DNA of 64,000 nucleotides from a virus, in IMG/VR virus record IMGVR_UViG_3300026382_000009, positions 45,195 through 109,194 of that record; one strand, given 5' to 3'. A program made the translations under genes and the position numbers. Below are positions 1-10,226 of the stretch, in pieces. The notes beneath the pieces are model-generated. The model was not told the origin of the DNA. It did no database searches and worked only from the letters and a program-made list of their open reading frames with translations. The first letter of the stretch is position 1; every line of letters begins with the position of its first letter.

Positions 1-668
1 TTTTCTAATAAATCCAATCCATAATAATTTTGTTTATCCATAACAAAAAGATTTAAAGATGTAAAATCAATTGATAAATCAACTGGTTTTCTAAAAATAA
101 CATAATCTTCTATATTATGGCTTATGTCTTTTTGAATATTATTAACATACAAATGAACAGCATTGTTGTCTATTGATTTTAAAAAGAAAGGTTTTAATTC
201 TTTGACAATATATTCTGATGTTACTTTTTCTTCAAAAGAATTAAATTTACCTATATATAAATCAAATTCATCACCTGCTTCGTATTTTTTTGTTGGACCA
301 AAATAGAAAATATCATAATCTCCGTATGAACCAAATTTTTCACCATCACCAAGTAATAATGTTTTTTCTGTTTGAAGTTTAACTTTAACACGTGGAGCTG
401 TAAATCTGTTTAATCTATAACCTAATAAACGTGCTAATCTAATAATAGAACTATCTAATTGAGCTTCTTGAATATAATTTTCATTTCTCCAAGCTCTATA
501 TTTGTATGTTTCATATGTTCCAAAAGAAGCTATTAGATTTAGTAATAAATCTAATGTAGATGCATCTATATTATCTTGTATTATATCCCAATTGGATAAT
601 GATTTTAGATAATTGTATAAATCTTCTTTTATTTTTTGTTGAGATATACTTTGTAAATTTACAGCCAT
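1..668 (-). CDS. Baseplate wedge protein, T4 gp6-like (runs off window start)
   Basis: Manual translation from ATG at 668: MAVNLQSISQQKIKKDLYNYLKS...LDLLLNLIASFGTY...ENYIQEAQLDSSIIRLARLLGYRLNR, a gp6-type N-terminus; follows gp25-like gene. Confidence 0.75.
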   Translation of the reverse strand, partial: MAVNLQSISQQKIKEDLYNYLKSLSNWDIIQDNIDASTLDLLLNLIASFGTYETYKYRAWRNENYIQEAQLDSSIIRLARLLGYRLNRFTAPRVKVKLQTEKTLLLGDGEKFGSYGDYDIFYFGPTKKYEAGDEFDLYIGKFNSFEEKVTSEYIVKELKPFFLKSIDNNAVHLYVNNIQKDISHNIEDYVIFRKPVDLSIDFTSLNLFVMDKQNYYGLDLLE

Positions 669-669
669 T

Positions 670-1029
670 TTATTTTGCCTTCATTTTTAATGTTTTGTTA
701 TAATCTATAATTTCTTGAATTTTATCTATTTTTATGGATAAATTTATATCATATTCTTGACTATCAGGATTAAAATCTACTGATATATTTTCTACAGTAA
801 CCATCGGTAACCATCTTGCTATAGCTCTTTCAATTTCTAATTCTATTTTTTTAGCAACTAAAAAAGAATATGGTTCAAACAAGTAATTTTCTAAATAAGT
901 TCCAAAAGCTCTATTAAAAGGAACTTCACCAACTCTTATAGATAAAAGATTATCTAAATAATTTAATACAGCATTTTTATTATATAAATCTTTTCCATTT
1001 AAACTTATATCTTGATATACAATCTTCAT
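670..1029 (-). CDS. Baseplate wedge subunit, gp25/GPW family
   Basis: LLSIRVGEVPFNRAFGTYLENYLFEP...AIARWLPMV matches the gp25 pattern. Confidence 0.85.
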   Translation of the reverse strand: MKIVYQDISLNGKDLYNKNAVLNYLDNLLSIRVGEVPFNRAFGTYLENYLFEPYSFLVAKKIELEIERAIARWLPMVTVENISVDFNPDSQEYDINLSIKIDKIQEIIDYNKTLKMKAK

Positions 1030-1030
1030 T

Positions 1031-1321
1031 TTACGCCTTTACATTTGATGAACATCCTAATGCACTTCCACCACAACTTATTGGATCACCTATACGAGAT
1101 ATAGGGATACCATTAGCTTTTACAGTCGGATTACCAACTGCTTGAACAGCCCCATGTGATTCTGGAATAGGACAACAACAATGTGGTGGATAAACATCTC
1201 CAATTCTAGCAACGGGAATATTATTAGCAAATACATTAGGACTTCCTGTAACAACAGGCCTTGGAGGCCAACAACCATGTCCTGTTCCTATATCACCTAA
1301 TCTATGAACAAATGCTCCCAT
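1031..1321 (-). CDS. PAAR-repeat spike tip protein (gp5.4-like)
   Basis: RLGDIGTGHGCWPP, GSPNVFANNIPVARIGD, PISRIGDPISCG. Confidence 0.92.
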   Translation of the reverse strand: MGAFVHRLGDIGTGHGCWPPRPVVTGSPNVFANNIPVARIGDVYPPHCCCPIPESHGAVQAVGNPTVKANGIPISRIGDPISCGGSALGCSSNVKA

Positions 1322-1328
1322 TTTAACC

Positions 1329-2093
1329 TCAGTTATGATCTATACTTGGCGCAATTGTTTTATGTAAAACAGCACTTGTTGAAATATCAGGTCCTCCTAT
1401 ATTTGATGTTCTAAATCCACCAACAATATTGGCCATATTTCCAGAGACTAGAATATCTAAGTTACCTTTTACTTTCAACGTATAATCTTTTTCTATAACT
1501 TGTTTTAAACTTCCAACACAATGAAAAGTCATATTTCCATCTTTATCAATTTTTATTCTAGTTCCTGAAGAATGTGTTAAATCAATAGAATTTTTTAATA
1601 AATTTACTTTATAATAATTACCATTAATATCTCTAAATCCATAAGAATATGGATAATCTTCTTTTAAAGAATAATGACTATCTTCTAAATTTTCTGGATT
1701 TGTTACTACACCTGTAACAATTGGCTCTTTATAAAATATATTTTCACTCCCAGAAACACCTCCGGTAGGCTCTAAGACCTCATTATCAATTTGATATTTA
1801 GATATATATGCATCTTTTATTTTTTCCTCTGCGATGCTCTCTTGAATTTCTGATGAATTTTTTAATTGTGTCATAGATTCAGAACTTATTTTAGAAACTA
1901 AATCAGTTGTTTTAGATAAACTGTCAGAACTTTGTATAACTGTATCAGATACTTGATTTATTTCATCAGAAATTGTTTCAATATCTTCGTCTGTCCAACC
2001 ATAATCATTTTTTAATGTATTTATTATTTCTTGTTTATAATTATCTAATTCAAAAATACTTCTAACTTCACTGTTAATCCATTCAATATTCAT
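1329..2093 (-). CDS. Baseplate central spike, gp5 C-terminal/beta-helix part
   Basis: YPYSYGF...HSSGTRIKIDKDG then V/I-x-G-N repeats, ending IDHN; adjacent to PAAR gene. Confidence 0.7.
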   Translation of the reverse strand: MNIEWINSEVRSIFELDNYKQEIINTLKNDYGWTDEDIETISDEINQVSDTVIQSSDSLSKTTDLVSKISSESMTQLKNSSEIQESIAEEKIKDAYISKYQIDNEVLEPTGGVSGSENIFYKEPIVTGVVTNPENLEDSHYSLKEDYPYSYGFRDINGNYYKVNLLKNSIDLTHSSGTRIKIDKDGNMTFHCVGSLKQVIEKDYTLKVKGNLDILVSGNMANIVGGFRTSNIGGPDISTSAVLHKTIAPSIDHN

Positions 2094-2147
2094 TTATAAA
2101 CCTTAATTTATTCATTAATGATTTAACAATAATCTAATAATATTAAT

Positions 2148-4100
2148 CTAATAACATTTAATATTTTTAGAACTGAAATAAGGAATATTTAAACTTATAT
2201 CTGTTATTTCAAAATTAAATGTTGGAGTAGATAATCCTATATCAAATGGTTTACAATTAGATGTATCTAACATGTTTATAATATTATTTACTGTATTTTC
2301 TGCACTTTCTTTTAAATTTTCAATAACTCTATCAACTTCTTGATGTATTATATCAGATATTTCTTGTTTTTTATTTTCAAAATATTCTTGAAATTTTTTA
2401 GATGCTGTTTCAGCAAATTGTTTAGCTTTATCTTTGTCTAATTTTTGAAAAACAGAACCATATAATGAATTAACCAAATAAGATTGATAACCTTTTATAT
2501 TGTTTTCATATGTATTTTCAAATTTTTCTTTCAATTCTTCCTTTATATGTTTTATTTTTTCATTTAAATCATTTAATGAATTACGTTTTCTTTTTAATTT
2601 GTCTATAAATGTTGTAACAGCGTTTATAGCTTTTTCGACTGTTTTAACAATTGATGCTATAAAACATAAAACAGATTTAATAGAACATATAATAGTATTT
2701 ATAACTGCTAAAATAGCTTCAAATGGTGTCACTAATAAATTTAAAAGACTTCCAATAGTTTTTCTTGGATTATTTATAAAAGAAATAACACCTACTATTG
2801 TTCCTAATCCTATAAGTAAATTTTGTATTTTTTCTTTACTTCCAAATAATAAATTATTTATATTATTTAATTTATTTTTAGCACTTTCAATAAATTTTTT
2901 TAAATCATTTTTGAAAGCTAAAATAATAGATGAAGTAATAGCACCAAACATAAGGATTTGTTTTTCTTTATTTTGTAGTGCTATTAATTTTGATTGAATT
3001 TCATTTGCATTATTTTTTAATTCATCTGCAATATTTTTCATTTTTCCATACGAACTTGATAAAGTTTTATAACTGTTATTTAATTTACTGTATTGTTCTT
3101 GTGTTATATCTTTGTTTTTTTCTATTTCTGATTTAATTGAATTAAGTGTGTTAGTTTCTATTTCTAACAATGAATTGAAGTCATCTAATTCTTTAGTTAA
3201 TTCTTCAGATTTCAATGTTTTAATATAAATAATAATTCTGTTTGTTTCTTGTTCGTCTAAATATAATAAACTTGATGATAATTCTGTTATATTGTTTACA
3301 GATTCTTGAAAAGAAGTATAATATTTATCTCTATCATATAATGTTGATGAGTATTTTCCAAATTTAGAAAATGTGTTTATAAATAAATTTGAATAAAAAT
3401 TTATTTTTTTATCCAATTTTGATAAATCTAATTGACTTTGTAATTTAAGAATTTCTTTTGTATATTCTTTTAATTCATTCGCTAAATTAAGTTTTGTATT
3501 TAAAAAATTGTAAAAAGTAGTTTTACTGTTAAAATAATTTTGGAGTAAATCTCTGTATTTTTCACTTTCTTTTGTTAGATAATAAAAATTTATTTCTATA
3601 TTTTTATTTTTTAAAAATTCCTCATATAATGTTTTTTCATCACTATCTGGTAAGTTTTTAACATATTCTTTAATCTCTTTTTTGTTTATGTTACATTTGT
3701 TATACAAATCAAAAGGATAATACAAATTTATTTTATCACATTTAAAATTTATTTCAGAATTAATATCTGTAAGTTTATAAAGATTTTCTATTGTATTGTA
3801 TTTTTGTAATGCAAGATAATCTGTATAATAATCATAAAAATATTTTAATGATTTTAATGTAAATATAAGTTCTTCATTTGTTGCTTTAGAGATAGCTTGA
3901 TTTAATAATGTATTCAAAAGCTCTTTATCTATCGAATAAGAATTAAAAAAATCATTTATTTCAGGTGTTAAATTATTGATAAGATAATCATTTTCATCTA
4001 TTATAGATGTATTTATAAAATAATCTAATGATTTCAATAATCCAGATAAACTTGTTCCTGTATGATATATATTATTTCCTAAATTATTCAAAATCATCAA
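2148..4100 (-). CDS. Hypothetical 650-aa helical/coiled-coil protein between the two gp5 halves
   Basis: Long ORF with coiled-coil character and hydrophobic/amphipathic segments; no recognised motif. Confidence 0.6.
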   Translation of the reverse strand: MMILNNLGNNIYHTGTSLSGLLKSLDYFINTSIIDENDYLINNLTPEINDFFNSYSIDKELLNTLLNQAISKATNEELIFTLKSLKYFYDYYTDYLALQKYNTIENLYKLTDINSEINFKCDKINLYYPFDLYNKCNINKKEIKEYVKNLPDSDEKTLYEEFLKNKNIEINFYYLTKESEKYRDLLQNYFNSKTTFYNFLNTKLNLANELKEYTKEILKLQSQLDLSKLDKKINFYSNLFINTFSKFGKYSSTLYDRDKYYTSFQESVNNITELSSSLLYLDEQETNRIIIYIKTLKSEELTKELDDFNSLLEIETNTLNSIKSEIEKNKDITQEQYSKLNNSYKTLSSSYGKMKNIADELKNNANEIQSKLIALQNKEKQILMFGAITSSIILAFKNDLKKFIESAKNKLNNINNLLFGSKEKIQNLLIGLGTIVGVISFINNPRKTIGSLLNLLVTPFEAILAVINTIICSIKSVLCFIASIVKTVEKAINAVTTFIDKLKRKRNSLNDLNEKIKHIKEELKEKFENTYENNIKGYQSYLVNSLYGSVFQKLDKDKAKQFAETASKKFQEYFENKKQEISDIIHQEVDRVIENLKESAENTVNNIINMLDTSNCKPFDIGLSTPTFNFEITDISLNIPYFSSKNIKCY

Positions 4101-4433
4101 TTATCCTTTTAATTCTGGAGGAGTGTTAGGTAATTGAAACGAAACAATTCCATTATAAATATCTCTGTAAGGAAATTCTACAAAAACTTTTGTTCCAATT
4201 CTTGGTATTCGTCCTTGTTGATTATATGTGTCTGATGGTATTTGCTTAACAACATACCAAGGTAATAACTCTTTAGAAATTTTGTCTGTTAATCCTGGTA
4301 TTGAAACTTTAACTCTGAATAAAGGATAACCTGTGTTTTTGTAACCTTTATCAGTAACATCAACAACTGTTCCAACATAATAATTGTCAAGTATATGTTC
4401 ATTAAAAAGTTTTTCTTTTAATTTTACATTCAT
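4101..4433 (-). CDS. gp5 N-terminal OB-fold-like protein
   Basis: YVGTVVDV...RVKVSIPGL...LPW...PRIGTKVFVEF, typical of the gp5/VgrG OB fold. Confidence 0.75.
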   Translation of the reverse strand: MNVKLKEKLFNEHILDNYYVGTVVDVTDKGYKNTGYPLFRVKVSIPGLTDKISKELLPWYVVKQIPSDTYNQQGRIPRIGTKVFVEFPYRDIYNGIVSFQLPNTPPELKG

Positions 4434-5467
4434 AATAAATAATCCCTTGCTAATCTCAATGTAGTTTGAACATTTTTATTGGTTATATTCAAATCTTTCT
4501 GTAAAATTATATAATTACCATTCAATGATAAATTATCATTATTTTCATTTTTTATAAAAACACCGTCACAAATATTACATATTTCATCTGATATATAATA
4601 ATTATGTTTAGTAATGATATTTAACCTTTGTATATCAATCCATGTAGAAATATTTTTAGAAAATGTTGCATAATAATCTTCATAACAATTTCCACAGTTT
4701 ATAATAGGAGAAAAATTTTTATTATCTGTGTCTACTACTAAAGAACTTTTTCCTTTTGTGTTATAAAAAACATATCCTTGATGTAAAATGTCTATTACAG
4801 GTAGTTGTTTTCCATCAGAAAAGAAAAAAGCATTAGCATTATCACTTTCTATTTGATATTGATCTATTTTTAAACTTTTTTCATCAGCTAATGAAAAAAT
4901 AGCTCTTGTTTGTTTTAATGCATTTTTCACATCATCTACAACTAAAGAATTTGATAATGTAAATCCATAAATAGGACTTGATAATGTTTTCATATATGGT
5001 ATACTTTCATCAATAAATTGTTTTTCTGTGCAATACTGTATCCAAACTTGATAATCTTGACTTTCTGTTCTTATGTCAGGTCTGGCAAATTTTATTTGTT
5101 TAAGAAATTCTGATAATGTTGTTTTTTCAGCCCTTTGATAAGTTTTATGCATTAAATCCCATAAATCTGTTAATCCAGAAATTCTTATAGTAAATTCTTG
5201 ATTTCCAATTGCTTGAATAGTATAATTTACAAGAATTAATTGATGTTTTGACAAATTATCAGGACTATATCCTAAAAACAATTTAATTTTATCATAAGCT
5301 TTTAATTTATGAATAAAATCTATATTTGTAGTTTTTATTGATAATTCAAAATATGGTATTGTTCCAAAAGCTTTTTGAGTGACAACAAAAAAATTAAACA
5401 TTGAAATGTTATTTATTTTAATTCCATTTATTTCAAAATAAAAATAAAGATTTTGAATTTGAATCAC
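4430..5467 (-). CDS. Baseplate hub protein (gp27-like)
   Basis: Position between gp53-like gene and gp5-OB; size; C-terminal LNGNYII...TTLRLARD. Confidence 0.55.
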   Translation of the reverse strand: MIQIQNLYFYFEINGIKINNISMFNFFVVTQKAFGTIPYFELSIKTTNIDFIHKLKAYDKIKLFLGYSPDNLSKHQLILVNYTIQAIGNQEFTIRISGLTDLWDLMHKTYQRAEKTTLSEFLKQIKFARPDIRTESQDYQVWIQYCTEKQFIDESIPYMKTLSSPIYGFTLSNSLVVDDVKNALKQTRAIFSLADEKSLKIDQYQIESDNANAFFFSDGKQLPVIDILHQGYVFYNTKGKSSLVVDTDNKNFSPIINCGNCYEDYYATFSKNISTWIDIQRLNIITKHNYYISDEICNICDGVFIKNENNDNLSLNGNYIILQKDLNITNKNVQTTLRLARDYLL

Positions 5468-5751
5468 TGTTTATACTCCGTAATTAAAGTTATCAATTCC
5501 ATTTTGTCTGGTATCTCTATAATATCTTTTTGTATATTAAAAGGATTAAGAATCTTGTTGTAAATAGCTATAACCCACCATAATGACTCATCACCATATT
5601 CATTAAACGCTATCTCATCTAAATGTTCTCCTGCATAAGGAATAGATTTTTGTATATTTAATTCTCTTAATTGTTTTACAAATGGACTATCTAATTCATC
5701 ATAAATTTTAGCTGCATTATTGTATTTTAAATAATCTTCCATTAAAACCAT
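5464..5751 (-). CDS. Baseplate wedge gp53/LysM-like protein
   Basis: HLDEIAFNEYGDESLWWVIAIYNKILNP...IEIP. Confidence 0.8.
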   Translation of the reverse strand: MVLMEDYLKYNNAAKIYDELDSPFVKQLRELNIQKSIPYAGEHLDEIAFNEYGDESLWWVIAIYNKILNPFNIQKDIIEIPDKMELITLITEYKQ

Positions 5752-5752
5752 T

Positions 5753-6460
5753 TTATACCTTTATCATTTTTGCAACATCATCAGCTGTTAATACTCTATA
5801 AGATTCAAATGAACATGTCCATTTTATATAAAGCGGTTTTCCTTCCATATCTATAATAGTACTTATTTCAGGTGTAGAACTTGTAAGATATAATCCACAT
5901 GTTTTAAACCAATCACCTATAGTAACACAAATTAAACTTTTATCAAAAATTCTAAAGTTAGGTGTTTTAGATAATGGATTTATCAGTTCTTTTGCAATAG
6001 AAGGATCATACAAATGAGAAAACATTAAATTACCATTTGTTCTTATATCAGGTTGTGTTAATAAGGCAATTTGTCTCAAAATTTCAGTTACTTTTTTCGG
6101 ATTGCCAAATTTACCTATATAAATATTCATAGATAAAGAAAAACTCAATCTATTTGAACTTTCATAAGTATTTATAGTTGAGTTAATTGAGTGGAATTGA
6201 TCAACAATTCCACTACTTATGTTTCCAAACATTTTTGTGAGTCCTGCTTTAAAAACTCCTTTTATACCACCTTCAAGTCCTTGTGTCGCTAAACTTGAAG
6301 AATAATTTGCTCCCATAGGTAAAGAGATACTTTCTGCGTCAATTACTCCTGCTAATCTAACTTTCGCATGTTCACACGTGACAGTAATTATATAATCTTT
6401 AATTTCTTCTTCATTTAATAAATTTGTATAACTTTGTGTTAATGATTGTGACATTGTCAT
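5753..6460 (-). CDS. Tail tube initiator / baseplate-tube junction protein (gp48/gp54-like)
   Basis: Synteny downstream of tape measure; VTIGDWF...GKPLYIKWTCSF tube-fold-like C-terminus. Confidence 0.5.
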   Translation of the reverse strand: MTMSQSLTQSYTNLLNEEEIKDYIITVTCEHAKVRLAGVIDAESISLPMGANYSSSLATQGLEGGIKGVFKAGLTKMFGNISSGIVDQFHSINSTINTYESSNRLSFSLSMNIYIGKFGNPKKVTEILRQIALLTQPDIRTNGNLMFSHLYDPSIAKELINPLSKTPNFRIFDKSLICVTIGDWFKTCGLYLTSSTPEISTIIDMEGKPLYIKWTCSFESYRVLTADDVAKMIKV

Positions 6461-6462
6461 TT

Positions 6463-9165
6463 TTAATTCCTATTTGCTAAAAATTCATTTGATTTATCTA
6501 CAAATCTAACAGGTTCTGAGTTTTGATTGTAATAATTTTGAACAACGATTGATTGTTGAGATTGAGTATTTTTTTCATTACTTGTATTTTTATTTGTATC
6601 AATATTTACACTAAATGTTGCTTTTGATTGATTAGATTGTTTTTTAGCTAAATAAGTTTTAACAGTTTTAGCATCTAAATTTGATGCGGCAATTAAATTA
6701 GGTAAATCTCTTATACCTTGATTATAATAATTATCTAATATAACTTGTGCTTTTGAGTCAATACTTGTTTGACTATTAGATTGTTTTTTAAGTTTTTCTT
6801 TATATAATTCTTGTAATTTTTCTAATGTATCTTTATCCCAATCATTAAAATCTATAAGTTGTTTAATTTGTTTTGGAGATAATTGATCAATTTTTTTCCA
6901 ATCTACAATTTCAGAATCACCAAAAACATTATGAACTAATACACTTTCATCTTCAAGTTTTTGAATTAATTTATATTTATCGTCTCCAAACAAATATTGA
7001 AATGATTTTGTTGTATTAGCAATAGGACTTAAATTAGCCATTTGTTTTATTGCTAATTTATAAACATCTTTTACAGATTTTGGTTTTTTCTTTTTATTCC
7101 ATTTTTCTAATTTTTTGTCTTCTACAATTAAATTATTTACTTTGTTATTATTTTCTTTAAATGCTTGTTTTTCTAACAAATTTTTGGATTTATCATCTAA
7201 AATACTAATTATTAATTTAAAATCTTGTTCAGAAATTGAATCTGATTGACTCAATAACAATTTAATACCTTCTTTGGTTAAATACAATTTTCCATTTTTT
7301 ATTTCGCCTTCACCTCTATGTAAAATATTTGCTATTATATATCTAGTATCTTCTGAAACTTTAGCAAATGTTTTTATTAAATTTTCATCTTCTTTTGACC
7401 AATCATCAAAATGTATTAACGTCTTAAATTGACTATCTTTTAACATAAGAAGTCTAGACCAGTCTTTAATTTCAGTATCACCAATATAATGATGTTCAAG
7501 AACTCCTTGTTCTTCTAATGCGTCAATAAGTTCTCTATCTTTTCCGTATTTCCATTTATAAACACCATAACCAATAGCACCTACTGCGCCAATAGCCAAA
7601 ATTCCCCATCCAACTGGATTTGTAAGCAAAAAACTACCGGCAGATGATAAAACAGTTCCAGTTGCTGATAAAGCTCCAGTTGTGGCACTTGCTATTGATG
7701 GCATCAAAGCACCTGCACCTCTTGCAAGTAATCCAGTTCCACCTCTCATCATACCCATTAATGGTCTAGAAACAATATTTAAAAGTTTAGAAAAAAATCC
7801 TTTTCCACCTTTTAAAAGAATTCCACCTAATTTATCAATTTTAAGTTTTTTAATTATTTTTTCTATAATTTTTTCAGCTAATGTTCCTTCACCAAATACA
7901 GAATCTAATAATTTAGAAGTAACGTTAAAAGAAGCTTCTTCTATTGAGCTTGCTTCTGTTACACTTTTTAAAATGCTTGGATTATCTTTTACTTGTAAAG
8001 CATTAGTTAATTCTGCTATTTGTTTAGTGCTATCTTCTAATAATTCAAAACGTCTTTCTTCTAATATTTTTTGTTTGTTTGTTAATTTACCATTTTCTAT
8101 TAATTCTTCTGTTTTAATAAGTTGTTCTTTTAATAATACTTCGATTTCTGGATTTTTTGTTAACAAACTAATTTTTTTATAAAATGTTTCTTTATCAATA
8201 GATTTATTTTCATATTGATTTAATAATTGTTGTATATATTCTATTTCAGTTTTTGATAATTCATGATCTTTATTCAAAGTTTCTGTAATAGTATCAAATA
8301 ATAATGTTTGTTTCTCAAATTTTTTGTTGATTTCTTGATCTAAATTTCTAATTTCTTCTTGTATTTTTTTATTATTTTTAAATTCTTCATATATTTTTCC
8401 TAAATAATCTTCTATTGTCAAAGTTCCATCTAAAAGTTGTTTATATTCTTTTGTATTTTCTAATTTGTTTTCACGAGTAAAATTTTCTATTAATTCTAAT
8501 ATTCTATCGTATTGTCTAGATAACACAGAATTTTCAAGTTGTTTATCTAATAGTGTTGTTATTTTATCATTATCTTCTATTTCAAATATATTTTCACCTT
8601 TTTCAGTTTTAGCTGATTCTAGGATTTTTTTGAGTTGTTTTATTTCTGAAATAATTTCTGGTGTTAAAACTCCTTGTTCTTTGAAATCAGAAATAATTTG
8701 TTTGAGTTTTGTATTGTATTTTTCTTTTTCAAACAAAGATATTTTAGTCGTGCTATCAATACTATTTTTCAAAGATGATAATACTTTTACAATAGCTTTT
8801 GTATCTTCTTTATAAGTGTTTAATAAAGGTTTGAGAATTTCAAAGTCTTTAACATTTGAAATATTTTTAACTATGTTATTAAAAAGTTTTTTGTAATCAG
8901 AAGGTAAATATTTTTCTTCTTTTATTTGTTTAGAAATTTCTTTTAATTCTTTTTGAACAGTTTCTATTTTTAGTATTTCTTTTTCTATGTTTTTAGAACT
9001 TATTTTTCCTTCTTTATAAAGAGCTTCTATAGCATTTTTATCATTTTGTATTTTTAACAAATAATTTTTAAATTGATTGATATTAGAAAAAGAATCATTT
9101 TTGACTATACTCAGTAAATCTTCTACTTTTAAAGGTGTTTTTTCTAGAAATTCTATTGTATTCAC
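6463..9165 (-). CDS. Tape measure protein
   Basis: 900 aa, coiled-coil with Gly/Ala-rich stretch and TNPVGWGILAIGAVGAIGYG hydrophobic segment; GTG start. Confidence 0.75.
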   Translation of the reverse strand: MNTIEFLEKTPLKVEDLLSIVKNDSFSNINQFKNYLLKIQNDKNAIEALYKEGKISSKNIEKEILKIETVQKELKEISKQIKEEKYLPSDYKKLFNNIVKNISNVKDFEILKPLLNTYKEDTKAIVKVLSSLKNSIDSTTKISLFEKEKYNTKLKQIISDFKEQGVLTPEIISEIKQLKKILESAKTEKGENIFEIEDNDKITTLLDKQLENSVLSRQYDRILELIENFTRENKLENTKEYKQLLDGTLTIEDYLGKIYEEFKNNKKIQEEIRNLDQEINKKFEKQTLLFDTITETLNKDHELSKTEIEYIQQLLNQYENKSIDKETFYKKISLLTKNPEIEVLLKEQLIKTEELIENGKLTNKQKILEERRFELLEDSTKQIAELTNALQVKDNPSILKSVTEASSIEEASFNVTSKLLDSVFGEGTLAEKIIEKIIKKLKIDKLGGILLKGGKGFFSKLLNIVSRPLMGMMRGGTGLLARGAGALMPSIASATTGALSATGTVLSSAGSFLLTNPVGWGILAIGAVGAIGYGVYKWKYGKDRELIDALEEQGVLEHHYIGDTEIKDWSRLLMLKDSQFKTLIHFDDWSKEDENLIKTFAKVSEDTRYIIANILHRGEGEIKNGKLYLTKEGIKLLLSQSDSISEQDFKLIISILDDKSKNLLEKQAFKENNNKVNNLIVEDKKLEKWNKKKKPKSVKDVYKLAIKQMANLSPIANTTKSFQYLFGDDKYKLIQKLEDESVLVHNVFGDSEIVDWKKIDQLSPKQIKQLIDFNDWDKDTLEKLQELYKEKLKKQSNSQTSIDSKAQVILDNYYNQGIRDLPNLIAASNLDAKTVKTYLAKKQSNQSKATFSVNIDTNKNTSNEKNTQSQQSIVVQNYYNQNSEPVRFVDKSNEFLANRN

Positions 9166-9299
9166 GAATTAACCTTTTTAAGATGTAACTTTAATAAATC
9201 ATAAAACTCTTTGTATTGTAAATTTTTATCTGGATAACAATGAAATTCTTTTAACCACATATATTTCATTTCTAAAAATTCTTTATAAACAAATTTAGG
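9162..9299 (-). CDS. Predicted +1 frameshift extension of the upstream chaperone gene (or a 35-aa ORF from ATG 9269)
   Basis: Open +1 frame PKFVYKEFLEMKYMWLKEFHCYPDKNLQYKEFYDLLKLHLKKVNS starts at CCC-TAA; its TGA overlaps the tape-measure GTG. Confidence 0.55.
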   Translation of the reverse strand, partial: PKFVYKEFLEMKYMWLKEFHCYPDKNLQYKEFYDLLKLHLKKVNS

Positions 9300-10203
9300 G
9301 ATAAACCTTAATATCCAATAAACCTACATAAACTTTATTTTGATGACTACATTTTGGACAAATTTTAATAATAGGCTTATTATCTATTACAAGTTTTTCT
9401 TCCCATTCTACTAGTTTTTTGGAAAGACTTAATGGTGAATATAAAACAAAATTCATTTTTTCTTCTAAAGATTTATCCAAATTTTTAATTAATGCTGATA
9501 AATACAAAGCTCTTATTTGAGGATCTGATAAATTTTTTGATTCTTTAAATTTTTCAATTTCTATAATATCTTTTACTGTTAAAGGTCCTAGTTTTAATTT
9601 TTGTCCTTTAAATTCTATTTCTTCAAAATCTTTAACAATTGGTTCAGTAAATTCAAAATCAAATAAAGTTATAGGTGATTGTATTTTTGTTCCGCATTTA
9701 ACATATGGTTCTTCATTTTTATATTGTTTTTCAAGTTCAGCTATTTCTTCTGCTAATTTATCTAACTCTTCTTTATTTTTTATATCTTTTAATTGTTTTT
9801 TCTTTTCTTCAATTTTAAATAAAATTTCTTCTCTTTTTATATTAGGAACAATATTTTGACATTCAATATTAGTATATCCACCTGCAAAATCATTTATTGT
9901 TAAAGTTGATGAAAACATACATAAAGTTAAAAAATCTATTATTTCTAAATCTTCTATACTTCCATTTTCTATCAATATAACATCTTTGTAAATTCTAACC
10001 AATTCTTCTAAATTTTTATCTATATCTTTTGTTTCATCAATGTATTTAGATAGTGCTTCTGATTCTAATAAATTAAGTCCTCTAACATAAACTTCTTTAA
10101 ATGGATAAAATCTAAAATAAGTTGGTAGTTCAGTAATTTTTGTATATTCCAAAGGAATTCCATTTATTTCTTTTGTAATAGTTTGTAATTCTTTTTTCAT
10201 CAA
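9295..10203 (-). CDS. Baseplate hub assembly / tail assembly chaperone (gp26-like)
   Basis: ELPT...VYVRGL, LGPLTVKD, C-terminal CPKC; located between tube and tape measure. Confidence 0.65.
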   Translation of the reverse strand: MMKKELQTITKEINGIPLEYTKITELPTYFRFYPFKEVYVRGLNLLESEALSKYIDETKDIDKNLEELVRIYKDVILIENGSIEDLEIIDFLTLCMFSSTLTINDFAGGYTNIECQNIVPNIKREEILFKIEEKKKQLKDIKNKEELDKLAEEIAELEKQYKNEEPYVKCGTKIQSPITLFDFEFTEPIVKDFEEIEFKGQKLKLGPLTVKDIIEIEKFKESKNLSDPQIRALYLSALIKNLDKSLEEKMNFVLYSPLSLSKKLVEWEEKLVIDNKPIIKICPKCSHQNKVYVGLLDIKVYP

Positions 10204-10226
10204 TTTTCCTTTTTATTTGTTTACAT

